Part shown: positions 49,401 through 62,620 of the stretch, piece after piece
Numbering within the stretch: the first letter of the stretch is position 1
Layout of the letters: each line of letters starts with the position of its first letter
Assembly: GCF_009914755.1 (NCBI RefSeq)
Contig: NC_060929.1
Direction: 5' to 3' (one strand)
Source: the human T2T-CHM13v2.0 reference genome, Homo sapiens
DNA: 64,000 nucleotides
Program-made: the position numbers and the translations under genes
Notes under the pieces: generated by a model
The model's input: the letters and a program-made list of their open reading frames with translations, nothing else
The model's database searches: none
Told to the model about the DNA's origin: nothing

Positions 49401-49580
49401 GTACTAAGTGCTTTCCATACCCTAAGTCACATCATCCTCCTAACAACCTATGATGCCAGCAAAAACAGTGGCCCCATTTTAAAGATAAAGAAAATGAATC
49501 TTGAGAATACACATGACATGTTCAAGGTCATCCAGTAGAATCTGGATTCAAACCCATATCTGCCTGGCTCCTAAGCCAGG
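49401..49580 (-). mobile_element. MIR
   Basis: tactaagtgcttt...aacaacctatga...ccccattttaaagataaagaaaatga...ggattcaaaccca. Confidence 0.75.
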
Positions 49581-50497
49581 GAACTGGGAGTAAACATGGC
49601 AACCTTATCCAAGAGAACTTCGATCCAAGAATCTCATGGCATGTGGCCCACCTGAATGACTCTCCTTCCACGTGGTGCAGCCTTGTCACCCCTTTAGGGA
49701 ACGTGAGCACGGGGATGAATCACATCTTACCTCATCACAGCCCTCAGCATGCTCCAGGTCCCAGAAATTCTGATAGCAGCAGCAAGAGTCAACAATGGGC
49801 CGTGGATTAACAGCATTTACTCTGCAAGGAGCTGCCAGGACTGGGAACACACAGCATGGCCATGCAGGGGCTGTTGGCCAGAGAAGCAGCCCCATCACAG
49901 AGCCCAGCTGCAGGCCAGTACTGAAGGCCTGGGTCTTGCTGCTTTGGGTCACTCCCAATTTCATCCACATCCTAAACTCCACTAGCTCTGTGTGCTGCCT
50001 CCTTGCTGGATCCAGCTACTGGAGAGGGGAGCCGGCTGTGTCACTGGGGAACTTAACAAGGCTAATTCCACTGAAACCTCCATTAACTTTACTACTTCTG
50101 TGTAAGTGTTTCATTGTAAATAATGATTCCCCACCACAGAAACACACTGCCAGAATCTCCCGGCGGACATAAAATTAAATCCAGCCCCCACAGCCTACTC
50201 ACGAAGTGCATTGTGATAGCTGCATAATCTTCCAAACCACAGAGGGCTGCAAGCACTTTCCACCAATTTCAGGGGAGGCTTGACTTTAATCTGCCCTAAT
50301 GAACAGATCTATGCACCCCTACACCTTCCCCTGCCTCACACCAAATCCCCTTTCAATTCAGATTCCTTTTTGAGGACGAATTGTACCACAGTTCTGAGCA
50401 CAAAAGAACCTCACTCATCTCAGACAAGGACTCAGCTTAAAGCCCCCCACCCAGCCCTTCTCTTCCAACAAAGTCCAGGAGAAGATGTTTTAGAAGA

Positions 50498-50500
<3 letters not shown>

Positions 50501-50538
<38 letters not shown>

Positions 50539-50568
50539 CACACACACGTACGCATGCACACACACACA
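50501..50568. repeat. Compound (TA)n(CA)n microsatellite
   Basis: (ta)15 followed by tgtacacacacacacacgtacgcatgcacacacacaca. Confidence 0.95.
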
Positions 50569-51479
50569 ATTTCCAGGAAGATCAGCAGAATTTCTAGAAC
50601 GAAGGAGATCTGCCCAGCCGTCCACCCACATGCCCACCGCCCACACACATAGCTTCCCCAATCCTTTCTCAATGCTGGGTCGGAACCTGCTGTTTCCCTG
50701 CCTCGCGTACACATGAAACACTTCCCTCCAACCCTGGAGAGAGACTGCACAAGGTTCAGCTAAAATAAGAACCACCTAGAACAAGAGAGTGAAGTCAACT
50801 TCACTTTGAAAATAAACAGGCATGCCCTCTGTCTCTCCCAGCCTGGGCAAGGGACAGGAACAGCTTTTGGGTGCAGGGCCCTTGGGAGGAAGCCTTCCCT
50901 TCTGAGTTTTTAGATGCAGGTTTCAGGAATGCCCGGACCACCAAGCCTCTGTCTGCTCCCTGCTCACACCCTGCTCCTCCACTCTGCTCAGTGGCTGAGA
51001 AGCATGGAGGTGTCATTGCTGAGCTCTCAGGAGCCTCTCTGACCTCCTGGAACCCGCACAAGGCTCTTCACCCTCTCTGTGCAACGACACTCAGCCTGAG
51101 GGGTGCACTGAACTGTAGGCTATAATTTAAGCATCTGTTTGTGTGCTCTTCACTTGCTAAACTCATAGCACCGTTGGAGGCGCAGGCAGGTTTAGGTGAC
51201 CCGAGAAATTCACAATACATCCACAGATCAAGATGAAACCGGGCTGCCCACGCATTGTTCCAGATGAGACCTCCTGTTTCCACATTCAAATTTCCAATTC
51301 TGATTTTAAAGAAGAAAAGGAATAGTCTGTTTTTCAAAAACTAAAATCCTGAATGAAGCCTTTCACATAAAGAATATTCAGGCTGAGGGACCTCCACATC
51401 AACTGCTCCTGGCCAGCACCTCCTTGTTAATCAAATGACAGTGTGGCAGCCACCCTCCCTGCCCTTGGAGATGGGGCTG

Positions 51480-51640
51480 CTGCGTTTAGTCCTCACAGCA
51501 GCCCCATCGGGCATTAGTTTCAGCTCCATTTTTCACATGAGGAGGTGGCCGCTCATAGGTACACTGACTTGCTCAAGGTCACACAACTATAGAAAACGGC
51601 AGAAGGAAGACTCAAACTTGGGTCTTCTTGCTCCAAATCC
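51480..51640 (-). mobile_element. MIR
   Basis: tttagtcctcacagcagcccc...tgacttgctcaaggtcacacaacta. Confidence 0.7.
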
Positions 51641-52997
51641 TCTTCCCAGCACGGCACGGCGCAGGTTCTGCAGTGCCTCGTGTCAGCAGGCCTGAGGGGT
51701 TGCAGTCGCAGAGGCCTGTGTCCTCCAGGGCCCCTTTCCACCCATGCCTCCTCCCCCAGAAGTCCTTCCCCACAGAGCAGCACAGCTTCCCCGGGCCGGC
51801 TGGGAGGGTCCAGCTGTCACGCTGCATTTCTCTCCACTTATTTCTGCTTCCCTCATGACCTCCGTTTCAACAAGATGTGCCTTTAAATTAGATCCCAGAA
51901 GGAACTTCAAGGCAAATTCCCACATTTGTGACGTTTATGGAACTTGTCATTGTTTATGCTATTATAGTGCCATCAGCTGTGAGGGCACATTCTTCCTGGT
52001 TACAACATTGTTTTTCTTCCCTTTGGGAGGGAAGCACCCTTGAAACCAGAGGCTTGTCTGGTACCCGCATAACCTCCTTATTCCCTACTCCACTTATGTA
52101 TATTTTTCTCTGTGGATCATGTACATGGTCTTTCAATTTCATGTCTGTGATTTATACATTGCAGTGTTTGCTATCCTCTGTACAACAGAGAGAAAATAGT
52201 TACTTTACAGGAAGAACAATGTGACAGGCTCCCAACTCTGCAACATTCGCCAAACCCGGAGTCAAGTGCAGCTTTAGCTTTCGTAAGTGTTGGAATTTAG
52301 GCTTCATGTTTCACTTACTCTTGCAGGCAACTGAAGAGCAGAAACCAACTGTTTGTGGCCAGCCCTGAGCTAGGGACCAAGGAAGAACCAAGACATGTAA
52401 TATCTTATATCCTCTCCCTGGGGACTTCTCAACTTGTTGGAGGGAAAAAAGATACATTAAACTATTAGAAAACAATGCAATGTATGTTATTGATAGTGTA
52501 TTCTAATAAATAAGCTGCTATTTTCAGAAAAGGGTGGTAATAGGAGATGTTTCGGATTTGAAGGGAAGTTATACAAGAAAACATTGGTTGTGTTTGAAAA
52601 CTATACATTTTCTGAAAACTTGTTATAATGTATCCCTTTAAAAGCTTAATACAAACTATCTCATAGGCTGTTGCCAAGCTTTGAAAAGTCCACAAGGAGG
52701 TAAGGAAAGAAAGAAATTATTAAATTGTAAAAATACTGATTAAAGGAAGAAGACCCTTTCTTTAGAAAAAATAATATTCTTCTGATTAGTCACAGAATTT
52801 CTTGAGGGCTTCATGCTAACATCATGCCTTCAGCAAAAGGTCAAGTTTTCCTTCTCATCTGGTTCTTGATCAGCCTGAGCTAAAGACAGACCCTCCCTGG
52901 AAATGAGCCATCAAGGATGAAAGAGACAGAAGCTGAATTTAGCAGGAGGGAGAATGAAGATGAAAAGTGAAAGCAAACAGGGGTAGGACGCAGCCCC

Positions 52998-53130
52998 AGT
53001 GACCACATGTCCTGGCTTGCTGGGACAATTCAATTTACACCCACTGTTCCAGCATTAATTATTAACAGTGTCCCTTTTCCTTACCAGAATAATCCTGATT
53101 GGGACAATAAGTAACATGGGCCACTCTAGA
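52998..53130. mobile_element. MER94-like hAT-Blackjack MITE
   Basis: gtgaccacatgtcctggcttgctgggaca...attaattattaacagtgtcccttt...gggacaataa...atgggccactcta. Confidence 0.75.
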
Positions 53131-54459
53131 AACAGTGGGAACAAGAGTCCAGAGGCAGGAATTGGCAGTGTGTGTGCTCAGGGGTGAGAGGTGCTATGAA
53201 GACTCCAGCTCAAGTGGAGAGTTGAGCACATGTGGGGACAGGGAAGAGGGCACTGTGGAGGAGGCGCAGGACTGGATCCAACAGGGCCCAGAAGCCAGCA
53301 GGGAGGAGCTCCTACTTCATCCCATGGGTTTATTAGGGAGTCACTAAGGATTCTTGAGCAGGATAATTATGACCCCAGGCAACATGCTCAGAAAGGACAA
53401 GGAGTGAGATACCAGAGAAAAGGAGACTGGTCGGAAATTCAGTTGCCAGGAACGTAGCGGTGCAAGGAGGAGGAACACAAAAGGCAGGAGGATCAGATGC
53501 CAAGGGTCTTATGGGAGCCCAACGGGGGCACAGTGAGAAGGGAAGAATGAAGACAAGTGACCCTGGGGGGTCACACTCAGGCACATTTCTCAATCAAACC
53601 TCCTGCACTTCTTGAGTGACAAAGATGACTTGCCTCCAAGACTCTGCATTGCAAGAACAAAGAGAAAAGCTGATATGACAAAATGCTTAGAATTATGTCT
53701 TTGATGTATGAACACTCCTCGCCCCCTGGACCCTGATAAACAGAGTTCACCCCAGAATCCCTTGATGTATCCAAAGTGCACATCTTTAATAACAAGAGGT
53801 CTCTGAAGGTAGATTTCCTCTTCCATTTGTGGAGCTATTTCAATTTTTAGGGGCTTGGAGATGCTTCCGATTAATTGTTAAGTTAGCCTTTTGAGACCTC
53901 AATTTATATGCAGCATTGACCAGTGTCTGCAAATAATCTGAGCAGAGGAAGGAAGAGATCCTTAGGAAATTAATGTAATCGTTTCAGCTCATTATTTGAA
54001 GAGCATATTCTCAGAGCCCAGAAACTTCATTCATTCATTCAAAATTGCTCTGAAATCCAATTAAAATCAGGGGTCACACACAGAACCATTGTTTATTTCT
54101 TCATTACTGAGATGGGAGAGTAGACTTTAAAACTGCAGAAATCTAAGGAAGGTGAGGGTGGAGCCGTGGGAAATCAGGGAGGGTCCCTGGTGAAGCCAGA
54201 AAGCTAAGGATGTGAACACTCCGGGGGCGTCATGGAAAGGCACACGCACCGATGCTCCTGGAAAGGCAACATTTCAACAAGAATATGAATCCCATCTTTA
54301 ATAAATAGTTTTTAGTCCTTCAGCAGATATTAAACATCCTTTTTCGGACCCACGAACTCTAACGCCATGCAAAAGGAAGCCCAAAACCAAAAAACAAAGA
54401 GTAGAGAATTACCTCCCAGAGGTAATTCTGCCAGAAGTCTGAAGATATGTGGGAAGGAA

Positions 54460-54690
54460 ATGTGATTCATTTATTCATGTGTCCTTTTAACAATATCCAT
54501 AGAGATCTTACCTAAACTACAGCAGTGAACAAATCAGACAGTCTCTCTGCCCTGGAGTAGCTTTCATGTGGGGGCAGGAGGTGGGGTTGGGGGCATGGGC
54601 ATGGAAACAGACCATGAACAATAGACAAAGTAAACAGGTAAAGCATATGGTACATTAGAAGGTGATCAAGTGCCATAGCGTTCAGGAGAC
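54460..54690 (-). mobile_element. L2 3' fragment
   Basis: attcatttattcat...acagcagtgaacaaatcagacagtctctctgccctggagtagctt. Confidence 0.75.
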
Positions 54691-55579
54691 AAACCTTCAA
54701 GGCAAGAAGTCAAGAACTTCTGGATGGGCAAGAACAAAACAGGAAAAGAAAGCAGAGCCCAGAGCTGGTCACCACCAGGTGCTCCTGGGCCATTCATAGG
54801 TCCCAATCAGCTCCTCTCAAAAGTAGCTTCAGCACCCCAGGAAATAAGTTGAAATTAAAACATCAGAAGAGGGTGTCCCACAGCAGCCCTGCTGGTCCCC
54901 TGAGCAACAATTACATTCCACAGGAAAGGACTTCAGCACAGCCCCAAATCATGCCCCTGTACCCAGAATCTCTCCCCAGCCCTGCACTCTCCTCCTCTCC
55001 AGGGGCTGGTTTGGGCCCCCTTGGACAGAGGGAGTGATGAGGCCTTAGTCTGAAAGTCAGTCTTAGGGGACTTGTCACACAGAGGGGAGATCTCACTGGA
55101 AGCCAGATCCTCAGGATGTCAGAGACTCAAACACCCAGCAGGTCTGAGAATAGCTCCCAGAGAGGCAGTATGGTGTCCCGGACAGAGTGCCCCTGTCTCC
55201 TTCCCCACTCCTCCACCAAGCTGGAAACCAGGGGAGTCCTGCTTGGCCAGGAGCCTGCTGGGACACATGGACCAGTCCACTCCCCTCTCTTGTCTCAAGT
55301 CCCTCTGTTGTAAAATGAGGAGGCTGATTGGGTGGCTTTCTGACCAAGGTCAGCATACCCTGGAACTGGGGCATGGGGAAGTCCTCATGCCCCCTCCAAA
55401 GCCAGCCTGCCCCTGGGGAGAAAGGGCCAGATGGGAGGGCTGCAACTCCCCGCTGCAGAACAGCTCCCCTTTTCTTTGTCTTACATATTGAGTTTCCTTC
55501 TAAGGTTTAATTTTTTAAAGAATGTTGCTGCTAGATAGATGTTTGAAAGCCACTTCTAGTGTTCTGAGACAAATACCTT

Positions 55580-56135
55580 TGAAGAGACGGGACAAAGACC
55601 AAAGTGTTTTTCCCTCTACCCCCACACCACCCAGGCACTCAAGACAATACTTCTGACACCAGATGCATGGGAGGGTTTTCTCACACACCACGCAATTCTG
55701 TAGGTGATTCTCTAGCAGACACCAGCTGGGTGTCCTCTTCTTCAATTCAGTTCTGACACTGTCTACCTGGAGAGAGCATCAGATCCCACAGGACTGCTCC
55801 CACTCCAGATGCCAATCATAAATAGTGGGTTGCCACCTATGCTTCTGATGGACCCACTATAAATGAGGGTTCCCACAGCCCCCTCCTTGGGTTCGATTAA
55901 TCTGCTATAGCAGCTCACAGAACTCAGGGAAACGCTTTACTTACATTTACCAGTTTAATCCAGGTGAAAGAGATCCACAGAACAAGGCATGTGCCCCCAT
56001 CCTGAGGCTATTTAGGGGCCACCAGCCATCTCAGAAGCAGACAAAAGACACTCATATCCCTCTAGAGATTCCAGGGCTTCAGGATCTCTTGCCAGGAAAG
56101 GGAGATGAAGACCAAATGTATATTTCACAGTATCA
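55580..56135 (-). mobile_element. MER21-family LTR, internally deleted
   Basis: caatacttctgacaccaga; gacaccagctgggtgtcct...caattcagttctgacactgtctacctggag; gctcacagaactcagggaaac. Confidence 0.85.
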
Positions 56136-57914
56136 GAGTACCTGAGTGTATTTCACCACCATTAAACAAGAGGTGATGCATGACTCAGCTCCATCAGAGA
56201 AGTAAGAAGACTCGGGGCAAAGAAGGCCCTGTGCCTTTCTCTGGCACACTGGAAGCACCTGCTTGTGTACCAGCTTCTCACCAAGACCCCTGTTGCCAAA
56301 GCAACCAAGTTTGGCTTTTCCTGCCCAAAGCACGCAGGCATCCTTGAGCAGGGGAGAGGTGGAGCCAGGCATGCACCGGGAAACCACCACACACCATGTC
56401 CAATGGCTGAGCCCTTTGAACTCTCAAGGTTGCTAAATGGTACCTGAGTCCAGGACTCCCACCAAGACACCCAACTCCACAGACAGACAAGTTAATAAAT
56501 CACAGCGTGAATCCCCTTCAGAGGGTGGCTGTGTGTAAAAATAGAGAGGGCACCACAGCTTCCTGCCCACCTTTTCCTGGTGTCCCTGGAATCATTCATT
56601 ACAACCACAGGGCAAGAGTCCGTGGTGGCAGAGATGAAGAGGCTCAGTGGCCTGGCTCCACCTCCTCACTTCACAGAGACACTGAGGTCACTCAGGGACT
56701 CAGTGCCTCGCTGCACTCACACAGAGACTCAGGAGTCAAAACCAGTTAAAACCAGGCCTCAGGTCTCCCTACTCCCACGCCACCTTGAAGGACACACCCC
56801 CCAGAAACCACAGCTCACTCCTTTTTCAGGACTTCATAGTCAAGAAACAAGCCCTGCCAATCCTATGCTCAAAAGTCCCCAGGCTGAGATGCAGGTCTTT
56901 CAGGTGGGCACCAAACTTTGGTCTGGAATCTTGAACTCATTTCAAAGTGTTTCTCAAGATGGTTCTTGTATAATTTCCACCTTAGCACAAACTAATAGCT
57001 CCTCATTGCAATTCCTCTGCCTCTGCAGCCATTTACCACTGCATTGACCTTTGCTTCTAGGTTAATTATCAATAGTTTTGTCTATTGAAGAAATTGAACT
57101 GAATTAGCTTAGTTTTAATCTCTCATCAGTAATTCAAATGACCATTTCCCACTGACGAAAAATAAAACTATCCGCGGGGGTGGGTGCAGGAGAGCCACCA
57201 ACTCCTAACAAGGCTTCACCAGGCAGGGAGGGGCATGGCCCTCACCAGTAGGCATCAAAGCCGTTCCCCTGGCGTCCCATGCTTGAGTGCCCTCGGTCTG
57301 GACTGGACTCGTGCCAGGGAGCACGGAGGATGTCCCAGGTTGGTCTGGCCCTGTCTGACAGCCCATTAGCTCCAGCTGTCGGTGACATCTGCCTGCTCTG
57401 ATTACCGTCAGAGCTGCGGAGAAGCAATGGCCCCCAGCATCGAGCTGTCTCCCCCTGTGCTCAGCTGTCATCAAGTATTGTGTTTCCACCTCAAGGCACT
57501 CAGAACCCATCCCCGGCTGCTATTTATAACCTTCCTTGAGGTCGCCTGCCGGTGAGGCTGCAGAAGGGGTGTGCCACTTCAGGGCAAAAGGCCCCAAACA
57601 CCACCAACTTCCTGCCACTGCCTCCAGGTGAGAAGCAGGCAACTTCTGAGCTGAGCAAAATCAATTCACAAAAGTACATGCAGCATCAGGTCAGCTTCCA
57701 CTGCGCTCCATGGCTGGGGACTCCAGGCTACATGAGAGGGACACTGAGACTAGGGCAGCTTGCGATGTCACCAGAGGCCTGGAGAGATGGATTCAGATGG
57801 TGCCACATGGCTCCATGCTCAGCCTGACAGGACTGCCTCTGATATCTAAAAAGATGCCACAGTGATTGCAAAGGGACTGAAAATCCCAGCCTTTGACTTG
57901 TGCTGAGCCACCCA

Positions 57915-58370
57915 TGTTAGTTTCCTGTGGCTGCCATAACAAAGGACCACAAACTGGGTGGCTTATAACGACAGAAATGATTCTCCCACAGTTCTGAAGC
58001 CCAGAAGCCCAGAATCCTGCCACACCAGACTCCCTCCAGGGACCCTAAGGGAGAAGCTGCCTTTGCCTCTTTCAGCTTCTGGTGGCCATCAGCATTCCTT
58101 GACTTGTGGCCGCATCACTCCAACCTCTGCCTCTGTGGCCACACTGCCTCCTCTTCGTGTGTCTTCTCTGTGTCTCAAATCCCCCGTTGGCCTTTCTCCT
58201 ACAAGGACACTTGGATGCAGGGCCCACCTAGGTAATCCAGGAGTATCACCCCATCTCAAGATCCTTAATTTAATTTCACCTGCAAAACTGTTTTTCCAAA
58301 TAAAGTCACACACACTGGGCTCAGGGACGTAGATACATCTTTTGGGGGACCACCTATTCAACCTAGTCTA
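57915..58370 (-). mobile_element. MaLR solo LTR (MLT1C-like)
   Basis: ttagtttcctgtggctgccataacaaa...aaactgggtggctta...atctcaagatccttaatttaat...tgggggacca. Confidence 0.88.
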
Positions 58371-59859
58371 TACCCCAACCTAAGGGAATAAAACAAGAGT
58401 CTGGCTTTTAGAGTCAGGAAGCACTGGGTTTGAATCCCACCACTGCCACTGACTTAATAACTAAAATTCTGTCTTTTCTTAGGATGTCACCAGCACCCAG
58501 TGTGATTCCAATAACAGGGCCCAGCAGGGCAGGGATCTGAGAACAGGCCTTGCCCTCCTCCCCTCTCACCACAGAAGGCCCAATGGCACGCCCAGTGACA
58601 GTCCCGCCCCAGGCCCAGATGGGAGCAGGAACTTTGTGGGTCCGTAAAGACGGCCTGCAGAGGAGCCATTTGCTTTCCCCACTCCAGGGAAGCAGCACTC
58701 TGTCACCTCTTATGATACCGCATCATCCTCGGCTCTGGGACCTGGCTGCCTGCCTGCTTGTTTCTGCCTCAGCGCCCCCAGCAGCACCAATAGGTCTCCA
58801 TCCAGGCTTTGTTTGCTTTTAATTACTAAGCCAACTAAGTGAGCCCCCAGCACAGACACACCTGGCTGCCTCTGACAGGTAATGAATCGTTCAACCATGT
58901 TCAAGGACAGGCCTTCCTGACAGCAGCGGGGCGATCAACTGAACAAAGTCAGGGTGAGCTGGGAGGGCAGAGAATATTGACTAAGGAGTGTCGCGGATGC
59001 CTGCCTCCCAACACTGCCCCTGAGCTCAGCTGATATAGATGCAGATAGTCTTGGGACCACAAGTTTCTGACGAGGAGGATTGATTTCTCTAGGAAAATGG
59101 AGAGTGGACACTGTGCAAATACTCTCTTATATATCAGCACCAACATGGAGATCCTTTAAACATCACTTTTCAGTGACCAAAAGAAGAGTTTTTCTTAAGA
59201 CCAGAGAGAAGACATCCAAGTCTGTGGACTCCTCTTGTATGATTTTCCTCCACAGGCTGAAAAGACCTACAAAGCCATGGGTTTCTTCCACACTATCTCA
59301 CCCCAAATTCTGTACATTGCACACAAGGCTGGTCACACACCTCTCTGGAGCCATCCTCAAGCAGAAGAGGGTCATGTTCAACAACCCAGGGTTGACAAAG
59401 GACAGAGCATGAGGCATGGGCACAACTGGGGGTCTTGCAGGCTATAAGGATCAAGATTTGCCTCAAAACTTGAGAGGTCAGCCACACCCTGTGCGTCAGT
59501 AGCTATCCCAGCCCCCTGGGCAGGAGAGAGCTGCCAAGAAATGCTGAACACTTGGTATCTCCTGGGTCACAAAGCCATCGAGGGAAGCCAGAGGGTTGGC
59601 CACCCCAACTCCTGTCCCTGGCGGCAACATGGAAACTCCACCCCGGTGGACACAGACCATTGGGTTGGGGACATATGGTCAGTGTTCAGTCACCCTCCTC
59701 TGCTGTGTGTTAAGCTGGGGAAGATTCCCTAGGGGAGGACAAGGGCCAGGAACAAGGAAGGCTTCGTGTGAGCTGGTGGGTCTGGTGGCTTCCTGGGGAA
59801 CCAAAGACACCAGGGCTGGGAAGGGAAAGAGCAAGTGCGCTCTTGACACCTTTCTTATA

Positions 59860-60055
59860 AAAATTCTAAGTACATATGTATAGGTATACATACACACATG
59901 TGCCTAGTGGATCCTAAAGTTTGCGCACTAAAGTGTTCACAATGCTTCACCCTCAGTGACAGGATTTTTCACTGTGCTTTGTCTCTATTTTCCAAATTTT
60001 CTACAATATACACCATATTACTTTTATAATGTGAAAAAGTGCTATTTTTTAAAAA
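59860..60055 (+). mobile_element. Old L1ME 3' end fragment
   Basis: ctttgtctctattttccaaattttctacaatatacaccatattacttttataatg. Confidence 0.55.
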
Positions 60056-60667
60056 CTGTACAAATGCAAAGAATTGGCACTCTTAATCTCAGATCGCTAC
60101 ATCCGTTCTGTAGGAACGAGTGCCCTATTTGTCAACTTTTTGTAACAGACTGTGCCTAATTAAATTCTAGAGAAAACCCAGTCACACCCTCAGCCAATTC
60201 TGCATCAGGCACTATGGGCACCGTGATCCTCCAGGCCCAAGGGGGACACCGGACTGCTGGTTCTCTCCTCTGCAAACGCTGGAGCCCCAACACCACTATT
60301 TATCCCATTTAAGAATAACCAAAAGTACAAAATAGATTTCATAAATCACTTAGTCTTTACAGCTTGCTCCTCAAGGACATGCACGCAGGCTTCTAGCAAA
60401 GATGATGCAAAATAACAAGACAGATGTAGTAACCAATACGAAGTGCTTGCTTCACTAAACAAAGAGCTTTTGATGCTGTAACTCAATTTGCGTTGGCATA
60501 ATAGGATCTGAGTGGGGCTAAGAGGAGCCACATAACAGCGGGCAGGCAGCCTCACCAGCAGAGGGGAGCATGGAAACACACGGCAGAGCCTCCCGGGGCC
60601 ACGTGCTTCTCATCTGGGACCTCCGAAAGGCACCATTTCTTCAGGTAATCCTCAGAGGGATTGCTCA

Positions 60668-60986
<319 letters not shown>

Positions 60987-62119
60987 AGAAAAAGCTCAAA
61001 CATTTCATGGTTGTTTGTGGAACCAAAACCCAAACCAAACAGCTCTTCCTTCCCTGTGCCCTGCTCTCCCATTCATTTATTCAGCACCTGCTCTATATTG
61101 AGCACTTACTGTGTCCACCAAAGTGAGTAGGGAGAAGAATTAGACACAGTTGCCAACACTCAGGCTGACAGGTGCTTTCCTTGTGTTGTCAGGGGGAGAG
61201 AAAGGGTTCATGGTTTTGCTGCCCCTGCTGCTCTGAGAGTGGTAGAAAAGAACCAGAACTGCTGGCTCCCAAATGTCCCAGCCCAGGGAGAGATAGAAGA
61301 ACCTCATGCCAATTCTTCTTATGAAGTCTCTTATTCTCAAAGAGGCTGTTTCTAGAGCCTTGCTGCCAGCCCTGAGGAAGAAAGCCTCCCCAGAGACAAG
61401 GTCTCTGGGGTTTGCTCCAGGGCGGCCGGTCAGCTTCCCTCCACCCTCACAGCCATAGTCCCTCTGCCCTGAGAAGATGCTCTGGGTCTGGGAATCTAGT
61501 GATCTACCCTGGCTCAAGACTCCCATGAGGTCTTGAACAAGACCCTAGCCCCCACTGAGGGATGGAATCCCCCCGGTGACAGCCAAGGTTGGCCTGGATG
61601 AGGATGAGGGGTGGGCCCACCTCTGCCCTCAGACATGCTCTGAGGATGTTTCCCTGACATGCAGGCCCCAGTGACAAGATCAACAAGCATGTCCTCACAT
61701 CAGTGGACAAATGGGCTAATGAGATAGTCATAGCCCTGACCCAGAACTGTGGGTGTTCATTTTGTGCTCAGACTTGAGTACCCCAGTCAAGGTGAAAGGA
61801 TCAGAGGGGTGTGAGATCTGGAGCTGCCTCAGTGATGAGTTAACCCCTGGCTGAGCAGGCTTCTGGGCCATAAATCTGGATGTGCCTGTGTCAGAAGAGC
61901 CAGCCACTTGGCTCTCTGTACCTAGGGGTGCTGCCCAGCATGGCTAGAAGTAGCTCTCAGAGGCCCTGCCAGGGACAGGGTCTGGAAGTACCACCGCATG
62001 GAGGAAGTGGGGGGCCACCATTGCCAACAAGGGCACAGGGCTGGGGCAAGGCCCTGCCTCACTGTACTCACTCTCCCTCCATCTCTGCCCAGCCTCCCAG
62101 AGCCAGGGAAGGGACACAG

Positions 62120-62260
62120 AAGCACAAATGCTTTCTCAGCAAGCCTTCTATGTGATTCTCACAGGCACAGAGACCATCGGGACAGAAAATCATCCCCACT
62201 TCCCAGATGAAAAAACCGAGCCTCAGGCAGGGCCATGCTTGAAAGGACAGAGCTGGCACC
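62120..62260 (-). mobile_element. MIR
   Basis: catccccacttcccagatgaaaaaaccgagcctcag. Confidence 0.65.
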
Positions 62261-62439
62261 TGTGCTGGCCTCCTGCCTCCAGTCCCAGCACTCCCTGCTC
62301 CGTGCTGCTCTGCCTCATTTAGGGGAGTCCTCGTCAATTAGGTGAACACCCCAGACTCCGCGGCACAGCCTGAAGCACCCTCTGCCTGACACTGGAGCTT
62401 CCTCTTTTCTCTTATCCATCCATTTAAAGTCTGGGCCTA

Positions 62440-62620
62440 GGAACTCAGAGAGACGGTCTCTGTTCTCTGCTTGGCCACTCATCAAGAACAGATCACCTCT
62501 GAGCCTCAGTTTCTCCATCTGTAAAGGGCATCCAGGGCCTCCCAGCTCTCCCCACTATAATTATAGGGGCATTTGGGAGATGTTCACTACCTGTCAGAGT
62601 GCTGAAAAACACAGGGCCGA
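62440..62620 (+). mobile_element. MIR
   Basis: cacctctgagcctcagtttctccatctgtaaaggg. Confidence 0.75.

Noticed and set aside
50788-50805. 8-bp-arm palindrome AGTGAAGT-CA-ACTTCACT
   Set aside because: Short enough to be expected by chance.
60555-60570. CTCF-like CCAGCAGAGGGGAGC (also 58770-58786)
   Set aside because: Partial matches only; cannot be supported without scoring or ChIP data.
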